Positions 27,814 to 37,328 of a stretch of 64,000 nucleotides of DNA are shown one piece after another. How positions within the stretch are numbered: the stretch's first letter is position 1; the number at the start of each line of letters is the position of its first letter. Source of the DNA: Dehalococcoidia bacterium (lineage in GTDB: Bacteria; Chloroflexota; Dehalococcoidia; Lucifugimonadales; UBA2985); assembly GCA_965247535.1 (NCBI GenBank), contig OZ252018.1, positions 437,046 to 501,045 on the forward strand. The letters run 5' to 3'. The notes below the pieces were generated by a model, which saw nothing but the letters and a program-made list of their open reading frames with translations, had not been told where the DNA came from and searched no databases. The position numbers were made by a program, and so were the translations under genes.

Positions 27814-28656
27814 GTGGCGGAAGTCGATCTGCACCTGCATACCACATGCTCCGACGGCCGCCTCACGCCCACGCAGTTGGTGGAGCTTGTCGTGGCCAGA
27901 GGCATTGTCGTGGCCGCGATTACCGATCACGACTCGACGGAGGGCCTCCCTGAGGCCTTGGAGGCGGCCTCCCGATTCCCTCAGCTGACCATCATCCCGG
28001 GCGTGGAGCTCAGCACGGACATTCCCGGCAACGAGATCCACGTGCTTGGCTACTTCATCCGGTACGAGGACGCTGCCTTCCAGGAGACGCTGCGGAGCTT
28101 CCGCGACGGCCGCGTGGACCGGGCGCGGGAGATGGTGGACAAGCTCGCCGCGCTCGGCCTTCCGGTTGACTGGGAGCGCGTATGCGAGTTGGCACAGGGC
28201 GCCGTCGGTCGTCCCCACATTGCGCAGGCGATGGTTGAGAAGGGCTACATCAGCTATCCGCAGGAGGCGTTCACCCACTACATAGGGCGCAACGGCCCTG
28301 CCTACGCAGAGAGGGATAAGATGACTCCTGCAGAGGCGGTCGAGTATATCCTGGGCGTGGGTGGCGTTCCGGTCCTTGCGCATCCTCACGTTGTCGATGA
28401 CGTGGAATCCCTGCTGCCGGAGCTTGCGGAGGCCGGCCTGGCTGGCCTGGAAGTGCACTACAAGGAGTACACGCCGGCGGAGGTGCAGGCGTTTGGGGCC
28501 ATGGCCGCCCGGTACGGCCTGCTTCCCTGCGGCGGCAGCGACTACCACGCGTTCGGCACGCCTGGCGAGGAGGAGCCGGGGACATCGGGGCCGCCGCTCG
28601 AGACTGTTGACCGGCTGCGAGCGCTGGCCGCCGAGGTGTCGGCGTCGAGGTCGTGA
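27814..28656 (+). CDS. PHP-domain metal-dependent phosphoesterase (TrpH/YciV-like)
   Basis: VDLHLHTTCSDGRLTP at the N-terminus, followed by ITDHDS. Confidence 0.85.
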   Translation: MAEVDLHLHTTCSDGRLTPTQLVELVVARGIVVAAITDHDSTEGLPEALEAASRFPQLTIIPGVELSTDIPGNEIHVLGYFIRYEDAAFQETLRSFRDGRVDRAREMVDKLAALGLPVDWERVCELAQGAVGRPHIAQAMVEKGYISYPQEAFTHYIGRNGPAYAERDKMTPAEAVEYILGVGGVPVLAHPHVVDDVESLLPELAEAGLAGLEVHYKEYTPAEVQAFGAMAARYGLLPCGGSDYHAFGTPGEEEPGTSGPPLETVDRLRALAAEVSASRS

Positions 28657-28787
28657 GGCTGTGCCGGTTGTGTCACGAACGACGGGGACGTGCGTCCAGT
28701 CACGGCAGACCGGGCCAATCTTCCCGCTCGCGGGGACTGGAGTGCGCGTGACGCGGCCGCGCCAGCGCTGTCGCCCAGGTTGAAGAC

Positions 28788-29453
28788 ATGATGACGGACG
28801 CCGCGCTGGTCCTGGTGGCATATCTGGTTGGCTCCATTCCCATGGCATACTTGGTCGGCCGCGCTTCGCGAAGGATCGACATCCGGCAGTTCGGCAGCGG
28901 CAACGCTGGCGCGTCGAACGTGTGGGTCCAGGTCGGAAAGGGGATCGGGCTGGCGGTCGGCGTATTCGACGTACTGGTGAAGGGGTCGTTGCCTGCCTAC
29001 CTTGCGTGGGAGTTTGGCACAGGCCCCTGGATCGCGGTAGCGGTTGGATTTGCCGCCGTAGCCGGTCACAACTGGTCGGCCTACCTGGGCTTCACGGGCG
29101 GCAGAGGCGTGACCGTGGTCATGGGCGTGATGCTGGTGCTGGCATGGCAAGAGCTGCTTGCGGCGATTCTGGTGGCGCTGGTCGGGTGGCTCATCACTCG
29201 CAGTTCCGCGCTGTGGGTCGGACTGGCTCTGTTGCTTACTCCGGCATGGAGCGTGGCCCTGGGCAGTCCTCCACACGTCACCGGGCTTTGCACGGGACTT
29301 GTAATCCTGGTGGCAGCCAAGCGCGTGCATTCGAACGGGGAGCAGCGCCCGGAGGACGAGCCGTGGCCGAGGGCGTTGTTCCACAGGCTGGTCTACGACA
29401 GGGACGCAGGCAGCCGCGAGGACTGGGTGTACCGGCGCCCTCCGGAGGCGTAG
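28788..29453 (+). CDS. plsY: Glycerol-3-phosphate acyltransferase PlsY
   Basis: GSGNAGASNV motif. Polytopic, 221 aa. Confidence 0.9.
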   Translation: MMTDAALVLVAYLVGSIPMAYLVGRASRRIDIRQFGSGNAGASNVWVQVGKGIGLAVGVFDVLVKGSLPAYLAWEFGTGPWIAVAVGFAAVAGHNWSAYLGFTGGRGVTVVMGVMLVLAWQELLAAILVALVGWLITRSSALWVGLALLLTPAWSVALGSPPHVTGLCTGLVILVAAKRVHSNGEQRPEDEPWPRALFHRLVYDRDAGSREDWVYRRPPEA

Positions 29454-29457
29454 GGCA

Positions 29458-29979
29458 TTGGCCGGTCCGGAGACCACCTACTGCGCGCGCCATCCGAGGG
29501 TGGAGAGCCGCTTGGGATGCAGCAGGTGCGGCGCCCTCATCTGTCCACGATGCCTGGTGCAGTCCGACGTTGGCGCACGCTGCCCGGACTGCGCCCAGGT
29601 GCGGAGACTGCCTGTCTTTCAGCTCGACGGCCTGACGATCGCCAAGGCGGTGGTTGCGGCGGTCGTGCTTGCAGGATTGACGGGCGCGGCGTGGGGGCTG
29701 CTCTTCTTCCGGGTGTTCTCGATTCCGTACCTGCCCTGGCTGATCCTGCTGGGCATTGGCTTCCTGACGGGCGAAGGGATAAGCGTATCGGCGAATCGCA
29801 AGCGCGGGCGGGTGCTGCAGTACATTGCCGCGGCCGGCGTGGTGGCTAGCTACGTGGTTGCGAGCATCTTGGCGGTCAGTACGCTGGAACCGCTAGTGCT
29901 GAGATTCATAGCTCCGGACCTGTTCACGCTGCTTGCGATTGGAGTTGGCGCGTACATAGCGGCGAGCCGCGTGGGGTGA
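29458..29979 (+). CDS. Membrane protein with an N-terminal B-box/zinc-ribbon (4 x CxxC-like)
   Basis: YCARHP...CSRCGALICPRCL...CPDC, followed by four hydrophobic helices. Confidence 0.55.
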   Translation: MAGPETTYCARHPRVESRLGCSRCGALICPRCLVQSDVGARCPDCAQVRRLPVFQLDGLTIAKAVVAAVVLAGLTGAAWGLLFFRVFSIPYLPWLILLGIGFLTGEGISVSANRKRGRVLQYIAAAGVVASYVVASILAVSTLEPLVLRFIAPDLFTLLAIGVGAYIAASRVG

Positions 29980-30041
29980 GGCGCACGGCGACGGCCGCGG
30001 TTGCGCCTGCGAAGGGCCTCTGGTATATTTGAGGCTCGCGT

Positions 30042-30117
30042 GGGGCTGTGGCTCAGTCGGGAGAGCGCCTCAATGGCATTGAGGAGGTCGGGGGTTCGAC
30101 TCCCCCCAGCTCCACCA
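30042..30117 (+). tRNA. tRNA-Ala (anticodon GGC), CCA encoded
   Basis: Cloverleaf read by hand. Acceptor GGGGCTG/CAGCTCC with the G3:U70 Ala identity pair. Anticodon loop ATGGCAT. T-loop TTCGACT. Confidence 0.9.
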
Positions 30118-30439
30118 GACTTGACGAAATCAAGAACTTCACCTTGAGATTCAGGTTGGTACTATAGAATCCTGGGTTGACCCATCATCTCGATACGTCA
30201 TGAACGCCGGCGGGTCGAACGTGAGGCAGTTGACGGACAATCCCGAGTGGGATGGGTACGCATCTCGTCCAGACATATGATCCTGGCCACTCTTTGTCCC
30301 ACTCTATCTCCACTGATTACGTACCGGGCATTCAGTGGAGTCAAGATTGGGCCGATAACTGAACAAAGACCTACGCGGGCATTGGAGTTGCCCCGATTTG
30401 GTGGACACCCGAAGATTAAGTAGGGAGGTGTCCACAATG

Positions 30440-30500
30440 CCAGTTCCACCAGAACTTGACGAATTCAAGAAACCTCCGTGTTGCGATTCGTTCTGGACCC
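30440..30500 (+). repeat. Copy of the tRNA-Ala 3' end plus downstream flank (att-like)
   Basis: ccagttccaccagaacttgacgaattcaagaa compared with ccagctccaccaga-cttgacgaaatcaagaa at 30107-30137. Confidence 0.7.
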
Positions 30501-30879
30501 GTAGGCATCTCAGACAGTAAACCGGAAGTCGCTGTCGTTATGGCAGGCACTTCCGATGTCCTTGCAGCGCGAGTCTCCCTTACGTCAATGAGTGTGCCCG
30601 AATCGTCCCCGATTCTCACTTTCACCTCCCATTGGTCTGGAAACGGCGTCGGCTCTCCAGTCGTAGAAGGTCTGGGCGGCTGCGGCAGGTCAATAGAGTG
30701 CAATTGGCCCTGATCTGCGCTTTCTTCGCAATGTTCTTGTCAGGCGTCCACCGAAGGACCTTATTATCCTTAAATCATATCAGTCGGGTGGTACAATTGT
30801 ACCCTGACCGGCCATGACCGCAGAACGGGATGTTTGGAACAATCTGGACAGTGCTGAACCTGGAAAGGAGCACATAAGT

Positions 30880-31167
30880 ATGCCAGCATTTGTGATAACC
30901 GATGTAGAGATAACGGATGCGAGTCTGTATGGACAGTTTGTGGAGCGGGTGACGAGTACCGTTGAGGCTCACGGCGGCAAGTTCGTGGCACGCGGTGGCG
31001 GGCTGGAGGTCATACTGGGTGACTGGACGCCCAAGCGCCTCGCAGTTCTGGAATTCGACATCCTACAGCAAGTCCGCACGTGGCTGGACTCGCCGGAGTA
31101 CACGGCGCTCGACGACATTCGCTCCAGGTCCTCCAACGTCAACATGGTGGTGGTCGAGGGCCTGTAG
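30880..31167 (+). CDS. DUF1330-family protein
   Basis: ATG 30880 follows GAAAGGAG. 95 aa, MPAFVITDVEITD...YTALDDIRSRSS..NMVVVEGL, typical of DUF1330. Confidence 0.75.
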   Translation: MPAFVITDVEITDASLYGQFVERVTSTVEAHGGKFVARGGGLEVILGDWTPKRLAVLEFDILQQVRTWLDSPEYTALDDIRSRSSNVNMVVVEGL

Positions 31168-31375
31168 TCCCGTCGACGACCAGAATTGCAACCCTTTACT
31201 CTGCCGGTGGTGATCCCACAACCTTGAGACCGCTACGCGACAGGTTCGGACACCAGACTCGATGTAGTCGGTCCTGAAGAGCAATGGGGATGTGGCGTGT
31301 CTCAGGGCCATGCCTCCCGGCTCCTGACCTAGGGGCACAGGCTGACAAAGTAATCCAGTTGGAGGAAGGCGAATC

Positions 31376-33064
31376 ATGGCCGAAATGAGCGGAGGGGAAG
31401 CCCCCGCCAGGTCGCTTGTCGGAGAGGGCGTTGACGTTGTTTTTGGCATTCCCGGCATACAGATCTACGGCATTGTCGCTGCCCTACGAGACGAGCCGGG
31501 CATTCGAATGGTCACCACGCGCCACGAACAGGCCGCAACCTACATGGCCGACGGCTATGCCCGCGCGTCCGGCAAGCCAGGAGTGGCGCTGGTGGTCCCT
31601 GGAGCAGGTCTCTACAACGCCGCGTCCGGCCTGACCAATGCCTACTCGCGCTCCGCGCCCGTACTCCTCATCGCGGGCCAGATCCCGCGCGGCGCCATAG
31701 GCAGGAATCTCGGAGCCGTTCACGAAATCGCCAACCAGCCTGACACTGTTCGCCCGGTGACCAAGTGGCAGGAGCGGGCTTCCAGACCCCGCGAAGTGCC
31801 TCATGCCGTGTTCGAAGCGTTCAGGCAGATGCGCACCGGCCGCCCACGTCCCGCACTGATCGAGATGCCTCCCGAGGCAGGAGTGGAGCGAGAGGAAGTC
31901 CAATTGCGGACTCCCGCCCGTATCTCCCGAATTGTGCCCAATTCCGAAGACCTCCGGGCGGCCGCCGAAGTCATCTCTCAATCCGGGACCCCCCTCATCT
32001 TTGCCGGAGGCGGCGTGGCGCGGTCGGACGCAGAGGCAGCCCTTGTCAAGCTGGCCGAGGCGACAAACATACCTGTCGTAACTTCCAGCGGCGGCAAGGG
32101 TGTCATTCCCGACAGTCATCCTCTGTCCTACGGCTCCTGCTTCAGTCCCAAGGGAGAGAGACAGGAGATGAACCAGCTCTACGAGGTCATGCAGTCCGCC
32201 GACGTGGTAATCGGGATAGGCACGCGTTTCTCGCTGGGCAATCCCGCCGGCGAGACCTCCACGCTGGTGAACATCAACATAGACGACACAGAACTATCGA
32301 GACTCCAGGCCAACACAATTCCCCTGCACGGCGACGCCAGGGCTACCATCGAAGCACTCCTGCCGATTCTCATGGAGGCAGGGGCCGGAGGGCGGCCATC
32401 GCCCGCCGAGGCGGTGAGCGCCGCCCGCAACCTGATAGCCTACTACGACATCGGCCTCAAGGAGCCTCAGTACCCGGTGCTGGAGGCCATCCGCAGTGGC
32501 ATTCCGGACGATGCATTCATAGTCTGGGACGTTATGCAGTTCGGCTACTACGCCCGCACCCACTGGCCGGTTAATCACCCGAAGACGTACATCGACTCCG
32601 GGTACTCCTTCAACCTTGGCTACGCGTTCCCGACGGCATTGGGCGTCAAGGTGGCAAGGCCCGACCGCCCGGTGCTCTGCATGACGGGAGACGGAGGGTT
32701 CATGTTCAATGCGTCGAAGCTTTCCACCGCTCTCAAGTACGGCATCAACGTCGTGACCGTGATCTTCAGAAACGACTCCTACGGCAACGTCGCCCGCGAT
32801 CTGGACGATGCCTTTGGCGGCGCTTACGGGACCGACCTGCATAACCCTGACTTCGTCAAGTTCGCAGAGTCGTTCGGCGCAGTTGGAATGAGAGCAAGCG
32901 ACCAAATGGAGCTGGAGAGGCTGATACCTCTGGCGTTGGAGCAAAAGGCTCCGGTGATTATCGACGTGCCCTTTGGAGAGATGCCGATACCGCGCGCGCC
33001 GCAGATTGCGTTTGTCTACAATCTGCCTTGGACACAGCCGCAGGAGGGTCTGATCCCTTCCTGA
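31376..33064 (+). CDS. Thiamine-diphosphate-dependent enzyme (acetolactate synthase large-subunit-like)
   Basis: 562 aa. N-terminal Pyr domain (VFGIPGIQIYGI...HEQAATYMADGYAR). ThDP motif GDGGFMFN...N. Confidence 0.85.
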   Translation: MAEMSGGEAPARSLVGEGVDVVFGIPGIQIYGIVAALRDEPGIRMVTTRHEQAATYMADGYARASGKPGVALVVPGAGLYNAASGLTNAYSRSAPVLLIAGQIPRGAIGRNLGAVHEIANQPDTVRPVTKWQERASRPREVPHAVFEAFRQMRTGRPRPALIEMPPEAGVEREEVQLRTPARISRIVPNSEDLRAAAEVISQSGTPLIFAGGGVARSDAEAALVKLAEATNIPVVTSSGGKGVIPDSHPLSYGSCFSPKGERQEMNQLYEVMQSADVVIGIGTRFSLGNPAGETSTLVNINIDDTELSRLQANTIPLHGDARATIEALLPILMEAGAGGRPSPAEAVSAARNLIAYYDIGLKEPQYPVLEAIRSGIPDDAFIVWDVMQFGYYARTHWPVNHPKTYIDSGYSFNLGYAFPTALGVKVARPDRPVLCMTGDGGFMFNASKLSTALKYGINVVTVIFRNDSYGNVARDLDDAFGGAYGTDLHNPDFVKFAESFGAVGMRASDQMELERLIPLALEQKAPVIIDVPFGEMPIPRAPQIAFVYNLPWTQPQEGLIPS

Positions 33065-33096
33065 GGCGCTGCCATGACATGGTGCGGGAATGGCGT

Positions 33097-33147
33097 GCCC
33101 ACCTAGCTGGACGGAATCAAGAACCATGACGCTGAGATTCGCTCTGG
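33097..33147 (+). repeat. Degenerate copy of the tRNA-Ala-flank repeat
   Basis: gcccacctagctggacggaatcaagaaccatgacgctgagattc aligns to ctccaccagacttgacgaaatcaagaacttcaccttgagattc. Confidence 0.55.
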
Positions 33148-33214
33148 ATCTGTAGTCAACGCCGATACGTTCCGTCAGGTGAAGATACAGATGAGGAGAG
33201 GACAGCCTTGACAC

Positions 33215-33570
33215 TTGGCACCCCTCACGTCCAGAATTCCAACATCCAACATGTCGATGCGCCCCCGTTTCGCAATTGACTCGGCATCCGCCGAGCTCTG
33301 TTTCGCCTTTGGACGTCGCAGTATCCTGATGGACACAAACACTACGAGAATTGCGCAAAGGTTGATGGGGGGCCATCTACACCTTGGCGCCAACTGCTCT
33401 ACTTGCACCGGTTGGCTGGACCCAAGGGCGCGACCGCCGAATGGAACAAGGCACTATTGGATCTCGGTGCGTTGGTTTGCACGGCTCAAAAGCCCAAGTG
33501 TGGCACCTGCCCAGTTCGCGCCTATTGCGCCACGGGAAGCGAGCCACTCAACTCGCATTCCACCTTATAG
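33215..33570 (+). pseudogene. Endonuclease III / HhH-GPD glycosylase fragment, N-terminally truncated and frameshifted
   Basis: One frame reads AELCFAFGRRSILMDTNTTRIAQRL. A second frame reads EWNKALLDLGALVCTAQKPKCGTCPVRAYC, the Cx6Cx2Cx5C FeS loop. The HhH part is missing. Confidence 0.7.
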
Positions 33571-33690
33571 AGAAGTCTGATGACCGCCGAAGTTACACAC
33601 GAGATCACTCAACGATTCCGGCTTAGTGCCAGAGTGTTTCAGCTGCTTGGCAACGATGAGTTCGTTGCCGCCCGGGTATCGGTTTAAGTT

Positions 33691-35247
33691 ATGGCCGCTG
33701 AACAAATTGGCCGGGCATGGATGAGGCTCAAAGCCTCGTTGTCGGGAAGAGGAGGCAAGCTTCCCCGTTTGAATGAATACGAGGCTCTAGAATTCTATAA
33801 GGAACGGGACCCGAAAGAAAATTGTGAGACTTCCCCACCGGACGACGAAGCGGTTGGCTTGCACTGTGCTTGGGCGGTTGAATTCTACACGCCTGCGCAC
33901 ATGGACAACCTTGCCAAGAACCTACTCCACTTCAACCGGACAAGCGGCATTCGGGAATACGACGCCGAACACCTGGAAACCTGGGTCAACGAATTGCACC
34001 GAGCTCGCTATGGGGGAGGATGGATCAATCTAGGGATCTTGGAGCGAAAAGGCGAACCCTCAAAATTCTTTGGTACGACTCGCCGGGTAGAATTGCCCCC
34101 TTCGGTCGAATACGCTCTCGCACACACCTTTCAGGTCTCACCGTCAATCGTTTGCATCGCTGTCTGCTTCGTATTCGACGAAGAGTTTTCCTCCGGTTTA
34201 GATAGTACCCTCCGCAGATACAGGGAATCCTTTGCCGAGCCAATCGACACAGGGTTCTCGATCTTTACACCTGAAGTTCAAAAACTTGAAGACATTGGAT
34301 TAATTCGGTCGAAGATCTCGAGCCAATCCACCAATTGGTTCAGGGACAATTTCCCAGGGCTATTTTCCTCCGGACTACTGGGGGGGCATGTACCAGTTTG
34401 CGAATTCATCACACTACGGAAGGCCAGGCCTTTTCCTAAGCGCGAAGTGGATGGTCACCAAGCGCCGCTCTACCTACAGTTACTTGGGTTGAACATTGAC
34501 TGGGACGCGTGGAGATGCACTGATATCCCCGGATTGCACTTTTCTATCCAGAGGCATCGCCGTAGGTCGCCTCTCCGTTACTCTACGTTGTCTGCAAACG
34601 GTCACGACTTCCCTGACCGCGTCAATAGTTATGGCGGTCACAAAGGTCAACTCGCCCGAATATACTACTTGAACAGTGCTATGCCAAATCTACTATGTAT
34701 GTGGGCAGCGTTGGCTTTGCTGGACGTGTTTACGGAGAATCTAAATGGAATCCGCAACTCAATTGAGTTTAGAATCGGAGAAAGCGATAATCCGGTCAAG
34801 AATCTGCAACGACTGAAAGACCACATATCTTCGTTGACTGACGTTGGTGCGGTTTCGGCGGACTTCTGCAGAGACTCGAAGTCCCGGTTATGGACCTTCG
34901 GGCCCATAGCTACATTCGCGCCGTGTATGCCAGAAGTTTACGAAGCCAACGCAACACTGGATGCGGTCTTTAGGCGTGAGATAGCTGAGCGGGCAGTTTG
35001 GCTTCACGATACGGACCTTTCCGTCCGAGACCAATTAATGCAAATGGGCGCGATAATTAATGCGAGCGAGAGCGTTCGACTCCAGAAGACTGTTGCCAAA
35101 CTGACCTGGGTTGTTGTGTTGCTCACGCTAATGGCTGTGGTACTCGCTACGGCGCAATTACTTGACATCAATTGGGGAGACGCCGCGAAGGATTTGGGCA
35201 ACACCCTCGCCGCATTATCAAGAATACTATGGCTTCGAGGATCTTGA
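33691..35247 (+). CDS. Orphan 518-aa protein with a C-terminal transmembrane anchor
   Basis: A long ORF in AT-rich DNA. One hydrophobic helix sits near the C-terminus (LTWVVVLLTLMAVVLATAQLL). No motif recognised. Confidence 0.6.
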   Translation: MAAEQIGRAWMRLKASLSGRGGKLPRLNEYEALEFYKERDPKENCETSPPDDEAVGLHCAWAVEFYTPAHMDNLAKNLLHFNRTSGIREYDAEHLETWVNELHRARYGGGWINLGILERKGEPSKFFGTTRRVELPPSVEYALAHTFQVSPSIVCIAVCFVFDEEFSSGLDSTLRRYRESFAEPIDTGFSIFTPEVQKLEDIGLIRSKISSQSTNWFRDNFPGLFSSGLLGGHVPVCEFITLRKARPFPKREVDGHQAPLYLQLLGLNIDWDAWRCTDIPGLHFSIQRHRRRSPLRYSTLSANGHDFPDRVNSYGGHKGQLARIYYLNSAMPNLLCMWAALALLDVFTENLNGIRNSIEFRIGESDNPVKNLQRLKDHISSLTDVGAVSADFCRDSKSRLWTFGPIATFAPCMPEVYEANATLDAVFRREIAERAVWLHDTDLSVRDQLMQMGAIINASESVRLQKTVAKLTWVVVLLTLMAVVLATAQLLDINWGDAAKDLGNTLAALSRILWLRGS

Positions 35248-35318
35248 TCCCTCTGCGTCCTTGGAGCAAATGCACGTGTTGACCTTACCCCAAGATTCGT
35301 ATCAGTGGCCATACTAGA

Positions 35319-35635
35319 GGCCACCTGAAGTGGCTCGAATCCCCGCAAGAGTCCCCGTGATATGGGCTCACAGAGCGCCCCCAGCCACATCTCGAAGATG
35401 GTTCCACCTACCATCCACTTATACCCACACTAGGTGGGTCGAGTTGTCCCGTAAGGAGCGCTGCGCCAAGTATCACAGAGCCCCCAACCGCATTTCGAAG
35501 ATGGTTCTGTCTATCATCCACTTTGGCCCACCTAGCTGGACTCGAACCATAGTAAGAGTCCCTGATGTGGTAACTGATGTGGGAAGACACTCTGAGACAC
35601 TGCCATATCCCAGCCAAGTACGGTTCTCCAGCTCC
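35319..35635 (+). repeat. Three tandem diverged ~100-nt units of the tRNA-flank repeat family
   Basis: Units start near 35319, 35424 and 35525. Each has CCACC(T/A)..GG.CTCGAA...AAGAGTCCC.GTGAT...CACAGAGC.CCC...CAT.TCGAAGATGGTTC. Confidence 0.7.
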
Positions 35636-35942
35636 GCCATGACACGCCTCACCGTCCTGTGGCCTCATGCGGCGAAGGCGGGACGGGGAAGCAGCGCGTG
35701 GCTAATTCGACAAACTTCGCCCACAAGAGCTCGTCAACGCTCCGAAGGATCGCTTCCATGAGCTTGCCGATGTGGGAGTCCTCGGCGAGGACGCGCCCTT
35801 TCCGACCAACGCCAACCCGATGACCTACCGGACGGAGTCAGGGAGCAATTCGTCGTGATTGCCACGGGCCGTGGCACGGACGCGGTACTCGTCGCATTCG
35901 CGCTGCCCGGGTAGTGAGAAGGAGCGCCGACATGAAGACCGG

Positions 35943-36803
35943 CTAGCCTTCCTCCATTCCGTCCGCCGGCTCTGTCAGTCTTTCGCTCAACTCCCAGAGG
36001 CCCGAGGCCAGCCCAGCGTCGTAGCTCAGGGCGGAAGACTGCACGGCGCGGCTGTCCACGAAATACTTGCCGGTGAGGCCCTCGACTTCGGGCGAGGATG
36101 CCAGGTAGATCATCGTCCTCGCTCCCCTAGCGGCATTGACACCGCCGGCACCGATGAAGAAGTTGACGACCCGGCCGAGAAGTCCGTTGTTTCGCGCGAT
36201 GTTGGTGCGGACCAGCCCTGGGTGCAGGGCGTTGACCGTCAGGCCCGAACCCTCCAGGCGTCGCGCCAGCTCGTAGGTGAACAGGATGTTGCAGAGCTTG
36301 GAGCGCGCGTATGCGCGATAGCCGCCACTGCTTTCGAGCATGGGCAGGTCTTCCAGTCGGAAGTTGCGGGCGGAGAAGTGGGCGCCGGACGATACGTTGA
36401 CAATCCTGGCCGGCGAAGAGCCCCGCATGAAGTCCAGCAGCAGGGTGGTCAATAGAAATGGGCCAAGGTGATTGAGGGCGAATGTCATCTCGACGCCGTC
36501 AACGCTCCGGCGACGGGAGAGAAATACGGCGCCGGCGTTGTTCATGAGAACGTCCAGCCTCGGCACCTCCTCCTTGATCTGAGCCGCAAGCCTGCGCACC
36601 TCGGACTGCGACGACAGGTCGGCCAGCAGGTAACGCACTGAGCGGTTGCCGGTGTCCTCGATGATGCGGGCCGTGGAGGCCGCGGTCTTGGCGGGATTCC
36701 GGCCGGCGATTAGCACCGTCGCACCCATCCGGGCGAGGTCCAGCGCGGCCGCATACCCGATTCCGTCACTGCCGCCGGTGATCAGGCATGTCTTGCCGTC
36801 CAT
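35943..36803 (-). CDS. Short-chain dehydrogenase/reductase (SDR)
   Basis: TGGSDGIG cofactor motif and YxxxK (YARSK). Confidence 0.9.
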   Translation of the reverse strand: MDGKTCLITGGSDGIGYAAALDLARMGATVLIAGRNPAKTAASTARIIEDTGNRSVRYLLADLSSQSEVRRLAAQIKEEVPRLDVLMNNAGAVFLSRRRSVDGVEMTFALNHLGPFLLTTLLLDFMRGSSPARIVNVSSGAHFSARNFRLEDLPMLESSGGYRAYARSKLCNILFTYELARRLEGSGLTVNALHPGLVRTNIARNNGLLGRVVNFFIGAGGVNAARGARTMIYLASSPEVEGLTGKYFVDSRAVQSSALSYDAGLASGLWELSERLTEPADGMEEG

Positions 36804-37328
36804 GAATGGGATTCTACCGCAGGTCTATTGAGGGCACCATGAGACGGTCGTTTTGGGTGCTCCTGTCATGGCTTGTCTAGCCTGCCAAGACCTGCAAGCT
36901 GTCCTTCAGAAGTGGCCCCCCAAACTGCGGACGGAGGCCCGACTGCTCCCGAGCCCGGATTACGACGCGGCCGCCGTCCACGACTTCGATGCTTAGATCA
37001 TGTTGGTCCTGCAAGCGCGGGAGCCCGATCAGCGGGCATGAGCGGCTCGTGCTGCGGGCAGACCTTGCCGGGCCACTGACTTGCCCGGATGGTCAGTGGA
37101 TGAGGCAGGGAGCTGTCTAAGTTGCATTTGCGGAGTTGCAGTGTGCTTTGCGATGACGATATACTGGCGGCGCACTTGAAGCATCAACATCAAGGGAGGA
37201 AGCCTCCGAGTCCGATCCCGTGAACCCTAACCCGCAGGGGGCCTGGCTGGCAGGAGCCCCAGGCGCAGGTCTCCTCTTGTCGGCACCATGCACGTCATAG
37301 GCCGCGTCCGCATGGAAAGAAGGAGACT

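Larger units (their letters stand above)
30118..35635 (+). mobile_element. Candidate decayed tRNA-Ala-associated island(s) delimited by repeated copies of the tRNA 3' end and flank; no intact integrase
   Basis: Direct repeats at 30105-30165, 30440-30500, 33097-33147 and 35319-35635. Includes AT-rich stretches, a pseudogene and an orphan gene. Confidence 0.4.

Noticed and set aside
27661-29477. Minus-strand ORFs 27661..28848 and 28542..29477.
   Set aside because: They are antisense to the PHP-domain and plsY genes. Their translations are Arg/Pro-rich GC-shadow sequences.
30437-30520. 27-codon ORF (MPVPPELDEFKKPPCCDSFWTRRHLRQ) with GGGAGGTG 7 nt upstream.
   Set aside because: It lies inside the att-like repeat copy. 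The other copies do not conserve the reading frame, so the SD-like sequence is probably fortuitous.
30118-35635. Integron-like cassette array, with the repeats acting as attC sites.
   Set aside because: There is no IntI gene. The repeats derive from a tRNA 3' end rather than being imperfect palindromes, and cassette orientation and size do not fit.
35300-35640. tRNA genes or pseudo-tRNAs, suggested by GGCTCGAATCC-like T-arm strings.
   Set aside because: The flanking bases cannot form T-stems, acceptor stems or anticodon arms. Only short tRNA-like strings are present.
35640-35942. Possible integrase or transposase remnant at the right edge of the island.
   Set aside because: Only short broken minus-strand frames are present (for example ...RVLAEDSHIGKLMEAILRSVDELLWAKFVEL), with no recognisable catalytic motif.
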